Positions 13,524 to 29,477 are shown, numbered from the stretch's first letter. The stretch: DNA of 64,000 nucleotides from the human T2T-CHM13v2.0 reference genome, Homo sapiens (GCF_009914755.1 NC_060928.1), one strand, 5' to 3'. Notes: a model not told the origin generated them from the letters alone. A program made the numbers and translations.

Positions 13524-14287
13524 TAACTTTAATGAAATTTGACAGTTATATGAAACTGTTTTCACTGGTTATAAATATAATAATATATAATTCATAATAA
13601 TATAATATTTCAGAAAATTAGAAAATACAAAAAAAATAGAAGAAGGTACTGCCAATGGTAATTCTTTTCACAAGAAGTAAACATTGTTAACATATTCTCG
13701 TATATTCTCCAGTATTCGATGTATAATGAGATTCAGCTGATTTTTTTACTTGCCTTTTTTCATTGAAAGCCAATCACAATTTAAATAATAATATAAACTA
13801 CTTCCAAATACTGTTTCACCTAGTGTTGAAAGGCATTATTATTCTCATACATGTCTGGTAAATTTGCATTGTAAAACTTGTCAGTCTGGATTATTGACAT
13901 AAAATTTTTGACTCTCTGCATTTACCTTTAAAAGTGGCATGCTTATACAGATTATTTTAGACATTGAGAGGACAAAGATGACCCATATGAGACAGCAATA
14001 AAGGGGCTAGAGATGGCCATGATGACCCTGCCTAGACTGAGTTGGCTAGACAATAACAGTCCTCTGACAAATCTGTAAAAGTTAATTCACTGAGAATTAA
14101 GAGTGGTAGCAGCCATTTAAAGAACAAAAGAAAAGATATCTAAACATATATGCAAGATTGTAGAAAGACACAAAATATATTTCTTGAAAAGAGTCAAAGG
14201 TAGACAAGTTGACCCTTAGCTGAGGCTTCTTTTAAATATTCTAATATTAGTGATATGATATGCATTGTGATAGGAATGTACTTGTAG

Positions 14288-14500
14288 TTAGACAGGCTTG
14301 TGTCCAAATTTTGAATTTACTTCTTATATTTGTATGAATTGTGCATGTCATTTAACTTCTCTAACTTGGCTCAGTTTACTCATCATTAAGATGATATTAA
14401 TTATAAGATTTCTTCATTGGATTCTTGTGATTATTGGATGAAATTTGTATAAACAGCTTAATACAGTGAGTAACATATAGTAAATGATTAATTAATGGTA
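14288..14500 (+). mobile_element. MIR SINE
   Basis: MIR core (gtcatttaacttctct...ctcagtttactcatc) and 3' end (taacatatagtaaatg). Confidence 0.7.
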
Positions 14501-14702
14501 CAAGTAAATGACAGCTATAGAGATATTTCTTACATCACTGATTTTTTTCTACTCGAATTGCTATATTACCCAAATAAACAGATATCATATATTCTATTCA
14601 TATTGCTATTCCATTAAAATGTACAACTTATTTAAATTATCCATGATACTTCAAATGTGTAAAGAATGTCCATTTTCATCTGCTCTATTTTGTGATTTTT
14701 AA

Positions 14703-15184
<482 letters not shown>

Positions 15185-15209
15185 AAATGTTGCATTTTTA
15201 ACTAATTGA

Positions 15210-15549
<340 letters not shown>

Positions 15550-18500
15550 GGGTACCATTTTTTCAATAGCAGGTGTTCACTTCCCATCTCTGTGTCACAT
15601 TTTGGTAATTCTTAAAATATTAAAGTGTTTTTTTTATTATTGTATCTGTTCTGGTCATCTGAAATCAGTGATCTTTGATATTTCTATTGTAATTGTTTTG
15701 GGGCTCCATGAACTGTGACCATATAAAGTGACAAACTTAATTGATAAATGTTCTTAATTGACATGTTCTCACTGCTCCACTAACCAGCCGTTCCTCAGTC
15801 TTTCCCCTCCTCTTGGGCTTCCCTGTTCTCTGAGACATAACAATATTGAAATATACTGAAATATTTAAATTAGGCCAATTAATAACCCTATAATGGCATT
15901 TAGGTCATCAAATGAAAGGAAGAGCCACTTTAAATCAAAAGCTAGAAATAATTAAGCTTAGTGAGTAAGGCATGTCCAGATAGAAATGGGCTAAAAGCTA
16001 GGGTTCTTGACTTAAACAGCTTAGTTGTGAATGCAAAGGAAAAATTATCATAGGAAATTAGAAGTGTTACTCAAGAGAAGACACAAATGATAAGAAAGTG
16101 ACAACAGCCTTATTTCTGATATGAACTAAATTTGAATAGCCTGGATAGAAGATCAAACCAGTCACAAAATTCCTTTAAGCCAAATCCCGATTTAGAGCAA
16201 GGCCCTAACTCTTTTCAATTCTAGGGAAGCTTGGAGAGGTAATGAAGCTGAAGAAAAGTTAAAAGCTAGCAGAAGTTGGTTCATGAGGTTTAAGGAAATA
16301 ACCTGTCTCCATAATGTAAAGTGCAAAGTAAAGCAGCATGTGCTGATGAAAAAGCTTGAGCAAGTAATGCAGAAAAATCTAGCTGAGATAAATGCTGAAG
16401 GTGACTATAGTAAACAACAGATTTTAAGTGAAGATAAAACAGCCTTTTATTGGAGGATAATGCAATCAAGGGCTTTCATAGCTAGAGAGGAGAAGTCAAT
16501 GCTTAGCTTCAAAGGACAGGCTTAATCTCTTGCTTGGAGCTAATGCAGCAGGTGACTTCAGGTTAAAGTCAGTATTTGTTTGTTCTAGAAATGGAAAAAC
16601 AAAGTCCAGATGACAGCACATCTGGTTACAGCATGGTTTACTAAATATTTTAAGTTCACTAGTGAGACCTACTGCTCAAAAAATAGATTCCTTTTAAAAT
16701 ATTACTGCTCACTGACAATACCCCCAGTCAGCCAAGAGTTCTAATGAAGATGTACAAATGTTGAATGTTGTTTTCACACCTGATAGCACACCCATTCTGC
16801 AGCCCATAGATCAAGGAGTAATTTCAACTTTCAAGTTTTATTATTTGAGAAATACCTTTTGCAAGGCAATAGCTACCACAGATAGTGATCCCTTTGATGG
16901 ATTTGGACAAAGTAAATTGAAAACCTTCTGGAAGGGATTAGCTATTCTAGATACCATTAAGAACATTTGTTATCCATGGAAGGTCATCAAATATCAACAA
17001 AGTTTGGAAGAAGCTGATTCCAACCTTCATGGATGACTTTGAGGGATTCCATATTTTAGTCCAAGAAGTAACTACAGATGTAGTGGAAATAGCAAGAGAA
17101 TTAGAACTTGAAGTGGAGCCTGAAGATGTAACTGAATTGCTACAATCTCATGATGAAATTTAAATGGATGAGGAGTTGCTTCTTAGAGAAGAGCAAAGAA
17201 AGAGGTTTCATGAGATGGAATCTACTTCTGGTGAAGATGCTGTCCACATTGCTGAAATGACAACAAAGAATTTAGAGTCTTGCATAAACTTAGATGCAAT
17301 AGAAGTGACAGGGTTTGAAGGATTAACTCCAATTTTGAAATAAGTTCTATTGTGTATGGAATGCTATCAAAGAGCCTTGCATGCTTGATATGGAAAACCT
17401 TACTGCTGTCTTTTTTAAAAAAATTGCCACAGCCAACCCCGGCCTACTACAATCATCACCCAGAGCAGTCAGCAGTCATCAACATTGAGGCAAGACCCTC
17501 CACTAGCAAGAAGATTATAACTTGCTGAAGGCTCAGATTATTGTTAGCATTTTTTAGTAATACATTATTTTTAAATTATGTATTTTTATACATAATGCTA
17601 TTGTACACTTAATAGAGAACATTATAGTGTAAACATAACTCTTAAATGCACTTGGAAACCAAGAAATTTGTGTGACTTGCTTTATTGTGATATTCACTTT
17701 ATTGCGGTGGTTGGGAACTGAACCTGCGATATCTTTGAGGTATGCCTATATGTTGCAGAAGATACTCCCTATAATCCAGTGACTGCTCTTTATATCCAAG
17801 GGCATGGCCCTTTCATGACAGACTTTGTAAAGGCAACACTTTTTCCTCAACTGCCCTTGGGAGAAAACATACTCACTAATAGGAAGGCAATTATAGTTTA
17901 GAAAAGACACTGACAGATCAGATGAAATTTCTGGCTTCAGACCTTGTTCTGCCACTCAATAATTATACATTCCCTGCCAAATTATTTATTCTGTCTGGAA
18001 CATAATATCTTGTTTGGAAGTGAATGAGTTAATTTGCATCATTCCATTTATTTCCAATATTGTCTTCTCTGTTTCCTGTGCATTGCCTTTCTCTTTGCAA
18101 ATATAGAGTTCACGTAGCAAATCCTCTTCAACATTAAAAGTCTAACGTTGGTTATAAACTGAGTACAGAGATGACAAAACTAAATACATGGTACAAAATG
18201 ACACTTTCCTTTATTGAGATGTATGAGAAGCACAAGGGCACCATTGTCAAACTATCAAAGATAGATGAATGGGGAAGTTTTATTGCCAGAGGAAAGAGAT
18301 TTGATTTTCAGTTGCCAAAGTACTGTGAGAGCTGACAGAGGAGCCTGTACAAAAAGCAGATGAATAACTTCTTTCCATTCAATGAACAGATTTCATTTGG
18401 ACCTTGATGACACATGCTTGCTTCTCACATATGTTTTTATGCTATTTCCATGACTTAATTCATTTCTGACTAAGAGTGCTCCATACACCTATAACGGCCC

Positions 18501-18564
18501 TCTCCAACTCTGTTCCAAGTAGATCTGAACTTGGTAGAATGGGAATGAGGGGTGGGTAAAAAAT

Positions 18565-18757
18565 GAAACTTATTGAATGTTGAGTACTTGTCAAGGAATT
18601 TGCTAAGGAATCAACACTCTGATTTAATCATAGACACTGTCTGAAGTAGTCATCCTCATCAGCTCCATTTTACAGATGTAAAAACTGAGTGTCAAAGAAA
18701 TGAAGTTACTTACCCAATATAATAGAGTTAGTAGGTGTCTGTGCCTGGATGTGAGCA
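18565..18757 (-). mobile_element. MIR SINE
   Basis: MIR core ctccattttacagatgtaaaaactgagtgtcaaagaaatgaagttacttaccc. Confidence 0.75.
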
Positions 18758-20298
18758 TCTACTCAAAAAATTTTAAACCTCACACACTTAAAAACAAAAC
18801 ACAACTCAGAACTGGTGACTTTGATACATTAGAAGTATGCTGAAATATTTTTCTCTTCAGTCAGTCCCTAGAGCTGTCGCCTATGCCCCAGGCCTGTTTG
18901 CTCCAGCCACCAAAGGCCTTCTCCATTTCCCCCTGCACATGGTGCTGGCATCATTTTCCATGTATGCATGATGTGATAAAGTTGAGAGGCCCAGCTCCAC
19001 CATATCACTTGAACAAACATTGGGAATAGAAATAATACATATGCTAAGTGACACACTTATGACTTTTATCAGTTTTTTAAAAACAAGAAATTAGCATGGG
19101 TAAGAGTCATGAGTCCTAAGAAGGAACGTATATATCTGTACCTTCCAACACTGTTAAAATATGCCAAATTCATACCTGTGGAAAGAAGTTTAAGATAGCA
19201 CCTGGGTGGCTGTCTTTTCAGAAGTGCCAAAGAATGGAAGAGTAAGAAGATCAATGCGATAATTGGTTATACTAAAATTATACAGTAGCAGCTCTGACAA
19301 TATTGTCTGTTAAATTATTTATTTAACATTAGTACACTGTTTATGTCAATAACATTGAAATCCAAAGAATACCTGTCATTTCTCACATATAATTTCAATG
19401 TTTTAAAATGCCTTTACAAAGAAATACATTTAAATCTAGAAATTTTCGTAAGTGTATTAATATAGTCCAAGTTTTGAATTTATTGAGATACCTGGTTTCT
19501 AATTTATATCTTCATTCTTTTTTGGCAGTTTTCAAAACTATATATAATACACTATGACAGAAAAAAAAAGTACAGGAAAGATATAGCCCAAATAGTATCT
19601 TGAGTCACTAGGAGAAATTAGTTCTGAAAATTTGGGGGCATCCTAAAATTTTCTAATGGTTCGGTTCTGACTTCTTACTTTGGCATATACGTTAGTTCTT
19701 CTCTCAAATTTGCCTTCTCTTTATTTAACTTGGTATGTTCCAGTTTTTTCATTTAGAACACAGAAACAAATTTTCCCTTGCTTATCTGACAAAACTTTTG
19801 TGATGTTCACACAAAGCGACAGATCACAAAGTTACGAATCTGAAAATAATTATAAACACCTATAAAACTATAATAATACACATTTGTATGCTCTAAGGTG
19901 TTACATAGGTATTACGGTAGTTGCATATATAACAATTGTGTAATTTTTATTATAACTAAATCCAAAACTTCATTAAATTTAAGTTCTAAAAAATAAACAA
20001 AACCTCATTATTCTACTAAAACAAATTCCAAAGAAAATCTAACTACATGGAAGACACCATTAATTTTTAAAATGTAATTTTCCCTTTAAAAAATTTAATT
20101 TTTTGCTAGAACTTGTATAATAATATATGGTGATAATTGCTTATAATATACATTTAACCTCGATTTAATTTTGAAGGATAAACAATAAGAATATGCTGAC
20201 CTGGATTTTGGGCTTCACGTGTAGTTTTCCAAGTAGTTTAATCCATAAACACTGCTTGAACCTTTGTCCATATTTAATACCTCAACAATGTTTAAGTA

Positions 20299-22981
20299 CA
20301 ATTGACCTTTGAGTAACACAGGGGTTAGGGGTGGGAGTCCTAGTTCACTCTCCTACAGTCAAAATTCTGCGTAAAATTGTAGACTTCTCAAAAATGTAAC
20401 TGCTAACTGCCTATTGTAAACCAGAAGCTTTACCAGTAACATAACCAGTCAATTAACATATACTTTTAATGTTATATGTATTACATACTGTATTCTTATA
20501 ACAAAATAAGTTAGAGAAAATAAAATATTATTAAGAAAATCATAAAGAAGAGAAAATATTTGCTATTCATTAAGTAAAAGTAGAACATCATAAAGGTCTT
20601 CATCCTCATTGTCTTCACACTGAATGGGCTGGGAAGGCAGAGGGGGAAGAGGATTGTTTGGCTTTGTTGTCTCAGGGGTGGGAGAGGTGAAAAAGAGGAG
20701 TCAGGAGAGGCAAGCACAGCCACTGTCACTTTATGGAAATGCATTGTAATTTCAGTCTGATTTTTTTCTTTTTTCATTTATTTACAAACGTTTCTATATA
20801 GTACCAATCCTTCTTCTACCATTTGCTTTAATTTTAGTATCCATCTAATAGAAGGGTCCATGCCATAAAATAAGTAAAAATAAATCCTGAAAAATCAAAC
20901 CCTCTGTCAGATTCTCTAATGCCAGTATGTTTTATGACACTGCTTCCACATCTTCTTCCTCATCTTCTGACACTGGTTTGGAAGCACTCACTTTCATCAA
21001 GTTGTTTTCTTCTAATTCCTCTGGTGTGATGTCTATTAGCTTTTGCATTTTTCTAAGGAGTCTATCTTGAAACACTTCAACTTCTACTTTTTTGCCATAG
21101 CTATAATCTCTTTCATAATTTCCTTAATTCGTTCTGTTGTAAATCATGTGAAGTCATGCAAAACATCTGGACAGTTTTATCCAGCAGAAATTTATTGTTT
21201 CAGGCTTGAAGACTTTTACGGCTTTTTCTATAACAATGATGGAATCTTCAATGGTGTAATCCTTCCAGACTTTCACAGTGTTCTCCCTATTGGGGTTCTC
21301 TTCCACAGCCTTGATAAGCCTTGTCATAGAGTAATATATGTAATGAGCTTTAAAGGTTCTTATGACTTCTTGGACTAGAGGTCGAATCATAGACTCTGTG
21401 TTTGGGAGTAAGTAGACCACTGTGATGCCCTTACTGTTGAACTCATGGGGTTCTGGGTAGCCAGGGGCAATATCCACTGTTAAAAGAACTTTAAAATGCA
21501 GTCCCTTACTGGTAAGGTATTTTCTGACTTCAGGGACAAATAATTAATCGAACCAATCCAGTAAAAGCGTTTTCATCGTCCAAGACCTCTTGTCAGATAG
21601 ACAAAAGATCAGCAGCTGGTGTTTATCTTTTCCTCTTAATTCTTGGAAATTAGTAGCTTTATAGATAACGGCTGAGTTGATCAAAACCTCAACAACATTT
21701 GCATAAAACAGTAGAGTTAGCCTATCCCTTTCTGCCTTAAATCCTGGTGATCGCTTCTCTTCCTTACTAATAAACACCTTTGTAGCATTTTTTTTTTCCA
21801 GGATAATCTACTTTAATCTGCATTAAAAATCTGTTGAGGCAAATATCTTTTCCCCTCAAGGATTCCTTTAGTAGTGTCTGGGAACTTTTCTGCTGCCTCT
21901 TGGTCAGCAGAAGCTGCTTCTCTTGTTATCTGGACACTGTTTAGAGTTAAATCTCTTTCTAAAATTATCAAGCCATCCTTTGCTGGCATTAAATTTTCCA
22001 GCTTTAGATCCTTCACTTTCCTTTTACTTTGTCATATAATGACTTCACTTTTTCTCAAATTTTGTGAGTCTACAGGTATGCCTTTCTTATAGCAATGTGC
22101 ATCCACATAAAAGCTGCATTTTTAATACAAGATAAAAAGGCACATGTTTCACAAGAAGTGCAAAGTTTTGTGCCTGCTGGAGTAATTGCAGCAATGGCTT
22201 TACAAATTCTCTATTCTTTTTTACAATGGTCCTAATGCTGAATTTGTTTATCTTGAAATGGTGGGCAACTGCTGGAACTGCAGACATTATTCTATGGTAC
22301 ATATGAAGCAATTTACCTTTTTCTTACAAAGTCATGACTTTGCTTCTTGGAGGCACTTCTAGCATCACTAGTGGCACTGCATATGGATCTCATGGTGTTA
22401 TTTAAGGTTTACTGTATTGCACTAAACACCACGGAAAATACATGAGAACTATGAGAGATCACTTTTTACTGCAGTATGCAATTTACTGGCGAGACAAGCT
22501 GCTCACAGGGAGATGATTAGCATCACATGGTGTTTTAAGTGGATACAACAAGAGCTCACCGCAATAACAGGAGGTGGCCACAAAATTATTACATTAGTAT
22601 AATATTATTATAGTTAATTTTATACAGTTATAATTTAATACAGTATTTTTACTTTTTTTTACATTTCTCTCAACAGCCAATGGCACCATTACTATCTGTA
22701 AGCGTGTACACAAGTTTTGATTTTTACTTTTTGTAATAGATTTGTGTATATTTTATGGTAGTAAATGATAAAATATGCTAACATGCTAATATTTACGAAT
22801 ATTTTATGTATTCATGACATATCTTACCTTTTCTTAATTTTTAAAATTTTCTAGGCTATGGGGATTCATCTGTGAATTTTTTCAAGTTATTGCAAATCTT
22901 CAAAAAGTTGATATATTCATTGAAAAAAAATCTTTGTGGAAGTGGACCCACACAGTTCAAACCTGGGTAGTTTGAGTGAAG
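20299..22981 (-). mobile_element. Near-full-length Tigger2 DNA transposon with decayed transposase
   Basis: Left end TA|caattgacctttgagtaacacaggggttagggg. Right end agtggacccacacagttcaaacc with an eroded TIR. Minus-strand ORF pieces at 21154-22311 carry pogo motifs (QIFNAD, KAERDRLTLL, MDIAPGYP, LPNTESMIRPLVQEVIRTFKAHY). Confidence 0.93.
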
Positions 22982-24789
22982 TATTTTAGTCAAGTATTTT
23001 AGAAAGTTTACCTATCTTATTCCTTCAAATAGAATAATAACACTCATGACTTCCTCAATGGTAAATAAAAAAACTAATGGTAGAGTTTTTTTTTAGTGTA
23101 CACTTTTGTAAATTATCTAATTGTTAACAATGAACAAGTTTTGCTGTCTGAATTAGAAAGGAAAAAAAAGTAAAAAGTCAAGATAAAGTAAAACTCTGTA
23201 ATGTGTTTTAAGTAAAATGATTTGGTCATTACTATAATTCTTAAAGGTCAGAATAAGAGTAAAACACTCTAAATGAGTCATTCTTTAAAAATCATATTAA
23301 AATGTTTGGATTTAAACTGATAGCATCTCTAAGTTGAAAACTTTGATTTAGGGCTTCATAAATTAGAAGTCATTGTGGGTTTAGTCTTTTGAGATACAAC
23401 AGCAGTAGTTCCATGGAGTAGGATAGACAATTTATAATATATAGAGACACAGATAGCACTTTTGGACTTCCTAATAAGGATGCCATTTTACTCAAGCTAT
23501 CTACTTGTAAATTTTAAACGAAAGACCAAACTAGCTAATAGAAACTGTCTCATATGAATAATGTTTAAATTTTATAAGGATGATTTCATTACATAGACTT
23601 GTGCTCTCCAACAGGCATTTAATTTCCTTTAGATTTGTGGTGATAAAGCATTGTGTACTTCATTTTAACAACTGTCCACTTTCCTAACATAGAGTAATAT
23701 GATTTAAAATAAAACAAGTGTACATATGTAATAATTTTATTAATTTTTGATGTTGCATATTAATATAAATATGAAAATTCCTTGAAATACTAAAAAATAA
23801 ATAAGCTACTGATTATACTGTCAACATACATTTGATATAAAAAATTGATATGCTAGTCATTTTGTATTTATAATCTTTCCATGGATAACCATTTTTCCTA
23901 TTTTTTATACATGAACATAGAAAGAGATGCGTATATACATAGCTAGTGCAATGGTACTGGAACCGATAATATTGATAATAACAAACATTAATAACAATAA
24001 CAATCATGTGTTGAGTGTAAATATGTTCTAGTCACATTACAGGGTTTTTTTTTAGCCCTAATAGTAGCCCTGCAAAATACAAATGTATTTACCCATGAGG
24101 ATGCTCTTGTTCAAAAAAGTCAAATAACTTACACTCTTTTTCTTATCTCACGGCCTCTGATTCTTCTCTGTTTCATTATTATATTGGTGCATTTTCTACT
24201 GCATCAAGTTTGTAATCTATTCTCCACAATAAATAGATTACACTTTATTTTAACTATACTACTTACTAAAAGGTATTCTATGTATATATTATGTGCCTTA
24301 AATTGGTGTGTTGTTTTCATACTTAAATTTTATGAAGACACCACATTATTTATACCTGTGCATTTAGAACGATAAGAACAAAATTTAAACAAAATTCACA
24401 GAGTTTGTATTTCACATGTCATTAAAAAAAAAACAGCCAAGGTACAATATAATCTGAGTTTGCATAACAAAAATGTATCTTACAACAATGTTGAGGTTAA
24501 AGTCAAGTGATAAGAGCCTCTCACTGAACTTTATTCTTGCCCATGGTCTCTGGAAATAGACTAGACACATTTACAGATTTTTAATGCCTATTTCATATAC
24601 CTCCTTATGTCAGACATTATAAATTTAGGATTAGTGGTCAAATTCTTTTCCTTACTCTGAAAAGTCTGTTATTCTTGAGGAAGCTTGCTCACGATATTCA
24701 CTTGACATTCAATTGTTTACTAGCGCCTCAATGTGCCCAAAACGAGATTCATTTTCCAGGATCCCAGATAAGATTCTTCTCTTACTCAT

Positions 24790-25555
24790 TCTCTTTGATT
24801 AGCATCCAGTTGCTCAGAAAACAAATCAGGCCATCGTCTTAAGTATTTTTTTTTATTCACAGCCCAAAAGCCAATATTTATTTCTGCTTTCAATTCAAGT
24901 CCACTTCTGTCTCTCATCATCACCAGCTTCAATGTTTGCTATACCTTCTAGGTTATTTATATCTACTATGACTTTCTAGCAATTTTACTCATTATGCTGT
25001 CATATGAATACTTTTTTCAAAGTAGTAATCTGATGATATCATTTCTGTGTTTCAAATCCTTCAAAGAGTGATTTAAAAAAACCCACACCCCTTAGCTTTG
25101 CACAAAAACCATGGGATTTCTTGGTTTTCCTGGACTCTATGTTTCTTTCCTGCCCCTGCTCCCATCACTTCCTCTTAAAGTTTGCTTTCCAACAGTGGTG
25201 AGCCACTTTGAGTTTCCTGAAAAGTAACACCCAATTTCTTATCACCAGTCATCTGTCTTTAGGAACTTTTTTTTTCTTATCCGTCTTTATCCTGCAAAAT
25301 GCTGCACCTCCATCATATCACTCATAATCTCTTTGACCTGTATCTCTATGACTTCAGTGCAATTAATAATTAACTCTATGTACTACTTCTTCTTGACATA
25401 TTTTTATTATTAAGCGTGTTACAAAGCATTCTAATTGATAGCATATACTTTTTTTTTTTTTGCTATTGGACCAAAGCAACATGAAAACAGGCAGTACGTT
25501 TTCTTTATTTCCATAGCATCTAGCACAGTACATGAAATAAAAATGATGCTCAAAT
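24790..25555 (+). mobile_element. L2 LINE 3' fragment
   Basis: catccagttgctcag... through the L2 3' end catagcatctagcacagtac...tgctcaaat. Boundaries are approximate. Confidence 0.55.
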
Positions 25556-26662
25556 CAACCCTTCTGTAAGGAAAAAAAAAGGCTTTGGAGAGTAGAGACT
25601 TGAAACAGAAAAGTTAAGAAAGAAATAATAACGTAGTAAAGATCCAGTGAATTTTATTTTTAGTCTTAACTGTAATTTCTGAGTCCAGCGGGCAATAAAA
25701 CCTTAGCAAAAAATCTTTAATGACGAGAAATATTTTTCCTACGTAAAAAGAAGTGAGAATTTGAGTTTTTCGCTATATACTGTTTTGCTTCAACTTCAGA
25801 GTTAGGGTTTAAGTGCAGATAAAACAGAGTCAAATGAGAGATCAAAGAACAGTGGAGTTTTTTTGGTTATTATAAACATTAAGCATTTACCCATTAAAAT
25901 TTGGGTATATTATGGACTTCTTTTCAGCTGATAAGTTAATAAATTATGTATTTGTACTTTATAGTGGCATCACACATTCTCAACACAGACGTTGATAGTA
26001 GTATTTAAAAATAAGAGTATCTAAACACACTATAATAAATAGCCTTACTTTTTAATGGAAGTTGAATTATCATTGAATATGGATAAACACTAAAACAGTA
26101 AAATGACAAAATATTTTTTAGGTTTTTAAATATTATTTTAATCTCACTTTAGAAACACAAGAAAGAAATCATAATCAATTAATGCTATCTCAAAATATAT
26201 AAAATATTCCCATAAAATGTTTTATATTAAGAATAGAACAATCTTGTCTCAAAAGTGTTCTTTGTTGAAAGAAGAAACAAAAGGCCTCTGAAATTTATTT
26301 ATTTAGCTTAATTCATGACATCTATTCTGAATCAGTTCAGCAAATTAAAATCATCAGGAAGGTATCAGATGTACAAGCCATAAAAAGTTAAGAATTGAAC
26401 ATAGATAAAACGCTCTTTGAGGAAGATCACAGATCTTTCAGACTGACTATTAAGTCTTGTTAAATAAAATAGTAGCCAAAAAGTAAAATTTTTTAAAAAT
26501 GAAAATAAATCAATGGCATTTAGCTATTATTATTGTGACTTTGAATGCCCAATTTGAAATTTCTGTACTATTATTAACAAGAATATGTCAGTACTTTTTA
26601 TTATGAATGCCTATAATGTTAAAATACATTTCCATTTTAAAAATTTTACCCATTCATCTCAT

Positions 26663-26730
26663 TATATATATATATATTTCTCATTATCTATCTATCTGTC
26701 ATCTATCTATCTATCTATCTATCTATCTAT
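26663..26730. repeat. (TA)n followed by (TATC)n tetranucleotide STR
   Basis: Directly visible. The TATC array spans about 26685-26730. Confidence 0.95.
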
Positions 26731-28367
26731 TTCTTTTGTAAATCAGATACACAGGCTATAGACTTATTTGAAAGGAAATTTACAAGTGAATTTCTTTCTC
26801 TATTATGTGAGATGGAATAATTGTAATTTCTGATATACTAAATTTAATTATTTAAGATAAGTAAATATTTATATAACATTTTAATTTTTGCACCCTACTT
26901 TAAAATTTCAGTCTTGAAAAACAGTTCCTAAGCTCAAGCAATATTTCCTGAGTTGACTGATTTTATACTATAAACATTTCTTAAAAATCAATATCAGTTA
27001 CATCTTAGTAACAAGTCACAGATCACCAGATGTAACAAGTCACCAGCTCCATGAGATCAGATTATTGAATATTGAAATTCACTATAAGCATTATTTTACC
27101 ACAAAATATAGAAGAAAAGGAACTCAGAAAAAATGAAACTGTCAATTCAAGGAAGAATTGTGTATACAGACTTGATCGCATTAAGTCTGAAGTATATTTT
27201 TAACAAAGAAACAAAGAGATAAAATGTTGAGCACTTTGCTATGTCAAGTCAGCAATGCAAAATGAAGCATTCACTCTATTCATTCTTCTGATAGAAGATG
27301 TTTTCAGATATCATAGAAATAGACTTGCGAGAACTTTTTTAAACTAAATTAGGAGGATTATTGCACAATATTTCAGGAGATTCTGAAATATCAAAACCCA
27401 TAAAAGAATTCAAAGAAAATATAAAAAGCATAAATGAGAAGACAGTGGTATGTAGATTTACATCCACTTTAACTCTCTGATCTTAGGGTTGCCTAACTTC
27501 TTGGGATTCAATTTTTTTTTTTAATTTATCAAACAGAAATGCTATTTGTTGTATAAGTTATTCCAAAACCATAGTATGTATACACCTGTACAGATTTCTG
27601 GGATAATTTAACTATAAACACTGTATTAACTTTATTTGGCAATGAAGTTCAACCCTCTTTTACTATTTACCTGGAAGGAAAGAAAATGTTCTATGTAAAA
27701 TTTGTAGCATAATACCATCTATGTACAAATGACATCCTATGACAATGTAAACAACAATGATAAATGCATCTCATGTGTTAAAATATCAAAGATAGTATAA
27801 CATAATTAATTATGTTATTAAATGTCCCACAAGGTAATAATTAAACAAACAATATAGAATTGAGGGCAATTGATAAAGTGATGAATCTAATATATGGGTA
27901 GCATTTAGAAAAACCACCAATGGTGATGTTTTAGTACTCATGGGCTAATAAGGAGAGTGAGGACAGCTGTAACTAACCCTAAGTTTGAAGGGGAAGTGAT
28001 TACTAGAAATGAAAAATGGGAGCTATATGGAAAGGGATGTTCAAGATGCACTGTGAACCTAGATCCAGTCAACTAATAGTGACCTGACAGAAATTGAACA
28101 GAGGAAATATGTATCTTGACCTCACTGTTCATCTATTCTTTTACATTCTTCTGATGACTCTGTTGGCCAAATCCTTTTGCAAGACTGAAGTGATACAGTC
28201 TATACAAGACAACCTCTTTAGACCTAAAGCAATGGAGAAGGGTAGAAAGTGGATCCAGAGGACTAATAATTTCAGGAATATATTATATATTCATCAAATA
28301 TTTTTCCAAATATTTAAAACTTTAGCAGTATACACCAGTGGAAAGAATGAAGATTGCAATCAACACA

Positions 28368-28567
28368 CCTGTATTTGCATTTAAATTCCATTGTTTTCTA
28401 GCTGATTTACATTAGGCAAGTTAATTATGTTTTCTATATTATAGTATCCTCTATGAACTAGGAACAATAGCACTTGTTAATATGTGAGGTCACCGTATTG
28501 TGCTCATAATAGGCTATATACAAAAAGCATCTACACAGAATTTGGCACGTAGTAAGCATTGGAAAAT
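28368..28567 (+). mobile_element. MIR SINE
   Basis: taggcaagttaatt... and 3' end acagaatttggcacgtagtaagca. Confidence 0.6.
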
Positions 28568-29053
28568 AAAATTATTTTGTCTTTCTTTTTCCCTACAAAT
28601 CAGATTTTACTTAGATTACTCGACTTCACGGCACATCACTTTAAAAAAAATTTGGATAACAGCTAAGTTCTGAGAACATTATACTCAATCAATTTCAAAT
28701 TCTTTGAAGGCAAGAGAGAGTCTGATGCACTTGAAAATTCTGCTATAGTAAATATTCTTAGGGAAATCAGAATTAATTTAACACTATAGGACATTTTTTA
28801 GTCATATGCTATAATTTTAGTCTGGATTTTATGATACTTCATCTTATGGAAATAATTCTCAACAGAGGAACAAAGCAGACTAATATATTGTGACTATGGC
28901 TGTTTGATGTCATCTTGAATATGTATTTACAAACTCCATAGAAGGCAGGAATTGATGTTAGGTTTGCAAGAAGTGGTGAATCATCTCTTTGACAATGATT
29001 GCATTACAAATTCAAAAAGTTATCAAAAATTAGCATGAATATGCAAGAACTGG

Positions 29054-29477
29054 TGTCTTCACCCATTTTTGTGTTGCTTAAAAAGGAATACAATACCTGA
29101 GGGTGTGCAATATGTAAAGAAAAAACTTTATTTGTCTCACAGATCTGCAGGTTTTATGAGAAGCATGGCACCAATTGCTTCTGGTGGGAGGCTCAGACTA
29201 CTTCCACTCATAGAAGAAAGCAAACGGGAGCAAGAGTGTGCAGAGATCACATGGCAAGAAAGTGAGAGAGAGAGGAGAGGGAGGTGCCAGGCTTTTTTTA
29301 ACAGCTAAGTTTTTTGAGAACTAATAGAGTGAGAACTCACTCATTACTGAAGGACAGCACCAAGCTATTCATGAGGGATCTGCCCCCATGAACAAAACAT
29401 CTCCAATTAGGTTCCACCTCCTAAATGATCAAATTTCACCTTGAAATTTGGAAGGGTCAAATATCCAAACCATTGTA
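29054..29477 (-). mobile_element. solo MaLR LTR (MSTB-like)
   Basis: gaagcatggcacc...gagtgagaactcactcattac...attcatgagggatctgcccccatga...atatccaaacca. Confidence 0.85.

Noticed and set aside
16283-22311. Tigger ORFs as a domesticated TIGD/CENP-B-like gene
   Set aside because: The frames are broken by many stops, frameshifts and deletions, and they sit inside TIR-bounded fossils. The same applies to 61935-63159.
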